From contig NC_134033.1 in assembly GCF_964204645.1 (NCBI RefSeq), positions 5,604,231 to 5,668,230 of the forward strand: a DNA stretch of 64,000 bases, in the 5' to 3' direction. The stretch is from Tubulanus polymorphus. Lineage: Eukaryota > Animalia > Nemertea. The notes below the pieces were generated by a model. That model worked only from the letters and a program-made list of their open reading frames with translations. It did not search any database and had not been told where the DNA came from. The translations under genes were made by a program, and so were the position numbers. Position 1 is the stretch's first letter. Each line of letters begins with the position of its first letter. Positions 62,079 through 64,000 of this stretch are shown one piece after another.

Positions 62079-64000
62079 GATAAAGTACACAGTTTGAATT
62101 TGGTTGTACGGGATTATTACTGCCGGCAACATACTCCTAGGCAACATATTCCACTTTCGAGAATAACATGAAACTCCACTAAAATGGCGAACTATTCAAT
62201 ACGGGGCTAATTTTCGCTGTTTAGAGGCTTGAAGTGAATGAACTGTGAGGATCAGATGAAAAAAGCCCATGCAGTATTTGCGAATACAACGTAGTACTTG
62301 TGATAAAATATGGTTGCATTGAGCATGGAAGCGAGTGACAGTAGTAGGCAGCAGAAACCCTAATAAGAAACACGCGAATCTCAATAGGGTTTTCTGTGAA
62401 GTATCAGAAAACCCTAAATATCGCCATCTATCACGGTTTGGACATTTCAACGACACTATAACAGCTCTAAAGCATTTTTCAGAGTGGTTTGAACAACAAC
62501 CTTCGACTAGTTCGCCATCTAGCGGACAATTAGGTCAGTAGGCCAGTCACCTGTTAAGTTACTACGCCGATACCTCAAGGTTTTCAATGTCACTCCCCAC
62601 CTGAAAGGTTGAAGCAATTGTTAGCTTTTACAAGAAAGCAGTTTTCGAAAACTCTGGAACTTAATGGAACAAAAAAAACCTTAAATTATGACAATCCCTC
62701 GCGTCCTTTGGAAATACTGTAAAGATATTTTATTTCTCAATACGTTTAGATAAGATTATGTATTTCTGATTGATACAATTTAATGTACCAAATGTCATGG
62801 AACTATTACATTTTCACTGGTAAATGTTTTGTCATGTTACTCGTAGCTATGAATGGGGTATGAATGTGAGTGTGTGGGCGACTGGGCCATTCAGGTGAAA
62901 AGTCAATTTTAAACTTCTCCAGTCGTCCAACGTATTATTATGCCTTATTTTGTTCCTATTCCCGCTACTTCATATTGTAATTTAAATCGCGAATGAAGCA
63001 TTACAACAAAAGAAAAAAAAACATAAAGAGAAGAATTGAAAGGCAAAAAACGACATTTAATGCAGATTATGATACGACTTAAATAACTTGATAATGATAT
63101 AAATTGATATTTGCCACTAGTGCCATTATCCTTTTAAATTATTAATTATCAGATTTTCGGTAAGAAATAATTCCGTTTGTCTTGATTCTTTTCGTCTCAG
63201 ACGATTTCGATTCAAAAGTCACCGTAATGCCGTGTATAAATCGGTGATGGACTTTGCTCATACACCGCACAGCAAGATCAGTAGTTATCAATTCGTTTTA
63301 ACAGGCCCGGCCGAGATACTTTGAGGGCAGTTATGTTTCATGAAAAAGGGCGTTTTTTCACCGCTGTCACTTTCTGATGAGTGTTTCTGATGAGTATTAG
63401 CCGTCTCATCATCTATCTGCTTTCAAGAGGCCGTTTTGAACATAATCGAAACATATAGAGAAATATTGCCACAAACGCCAGCTTGTGTCGATCAGGATTA
63501 AAATGAGCTGGTAGGCCTAAAATTAGGAATTTGGGACTGTTCAATTGGCTTTCTGGATTGGTTTTCTTTATTTTGCAAAAACAGTAGTAAAAGTAGTAAA
63601 ATAATTGTTTGAACAGATTCTTCATAAGTTCTTTTTTAAGATTACCAAGTAACGCATATTGCTGCAGGCTGGCCGTATAGTGCCCCTGAGGCTCTGGTTA
63701 GATATTCTTGCGAATCGTACGCAATTACGTAGCTGATATATAAACGGTTTTTATACAGCGGCGTGAAATCGCTGATAATTGTAATATTTGTACCGAGAGG
63801 TATTTGAAATTGATAAGAAAAATTGCGCAGGTAAATCGCTGGTTTGAAATCGATTCAGCCGCTTCCGATCGATAGAGATCAGACGTCATTAACCGGAGAC
63901 AGGATAACGATTTCTAGCGAACAGTTTTTAAGTCTAGCATTTTGCGTTGAATAGGAGAAATCTCAATGATATACGCACTCGGCGTCCGTGTTCAATTGAT

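Noticed and set aside
63365-63415. Hammerhead ribozyme (CTGATGAG twice); also CTGATGA at ~43024
   Set aside because: No properly placed GAAA core with supporting stems could be built.

Overview
Eukaryotic animal DNA, probably from a marine invertebrate (inferred from intron-exon structure and Helentron/HINE-, Sola- and LINE-type repeats). Positions 1-41946 (+) hold the 3' ~34 exons (~2430 codons, start upstream of the window) of one very large type I membrane protein gene, reconstructed by hand from GT-AG boundaries and exon phases. Domain order: MAM end, right-handed beta-helix, C-type lectin, 2 EGF, PSI, a long unassigned beta-rich region containing a furin site, CxCxCxDG cysteine repeats, EGF, VWD (GDPH), ~10 tenascin-type EGF, 2 cadherin repeats, Ser/Thr/Pro stalk, transmembrane helix and a ~29-aa tail. 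All junctions are phase-consistent except 3002/3594, where an apparent frameshift removes an EGF cysteine. The introns carry a near-full-length disrupted LINE, a decayed Sola1-like transposase with a nested 8-bp-TSD foldback element, a short tRNA-SINE, MITEs, a copied downstream intron segment, and a ~5 kb extremely AT-rich, rearranged, virus-like island whose small ORFs all begin with TAAATG. Positions 42.9-64 kb contain no supportable gene, only 4-5 kb higher-order tandem units (31-bp satellite, HINE-like elements, decayed RT) and other repeats.
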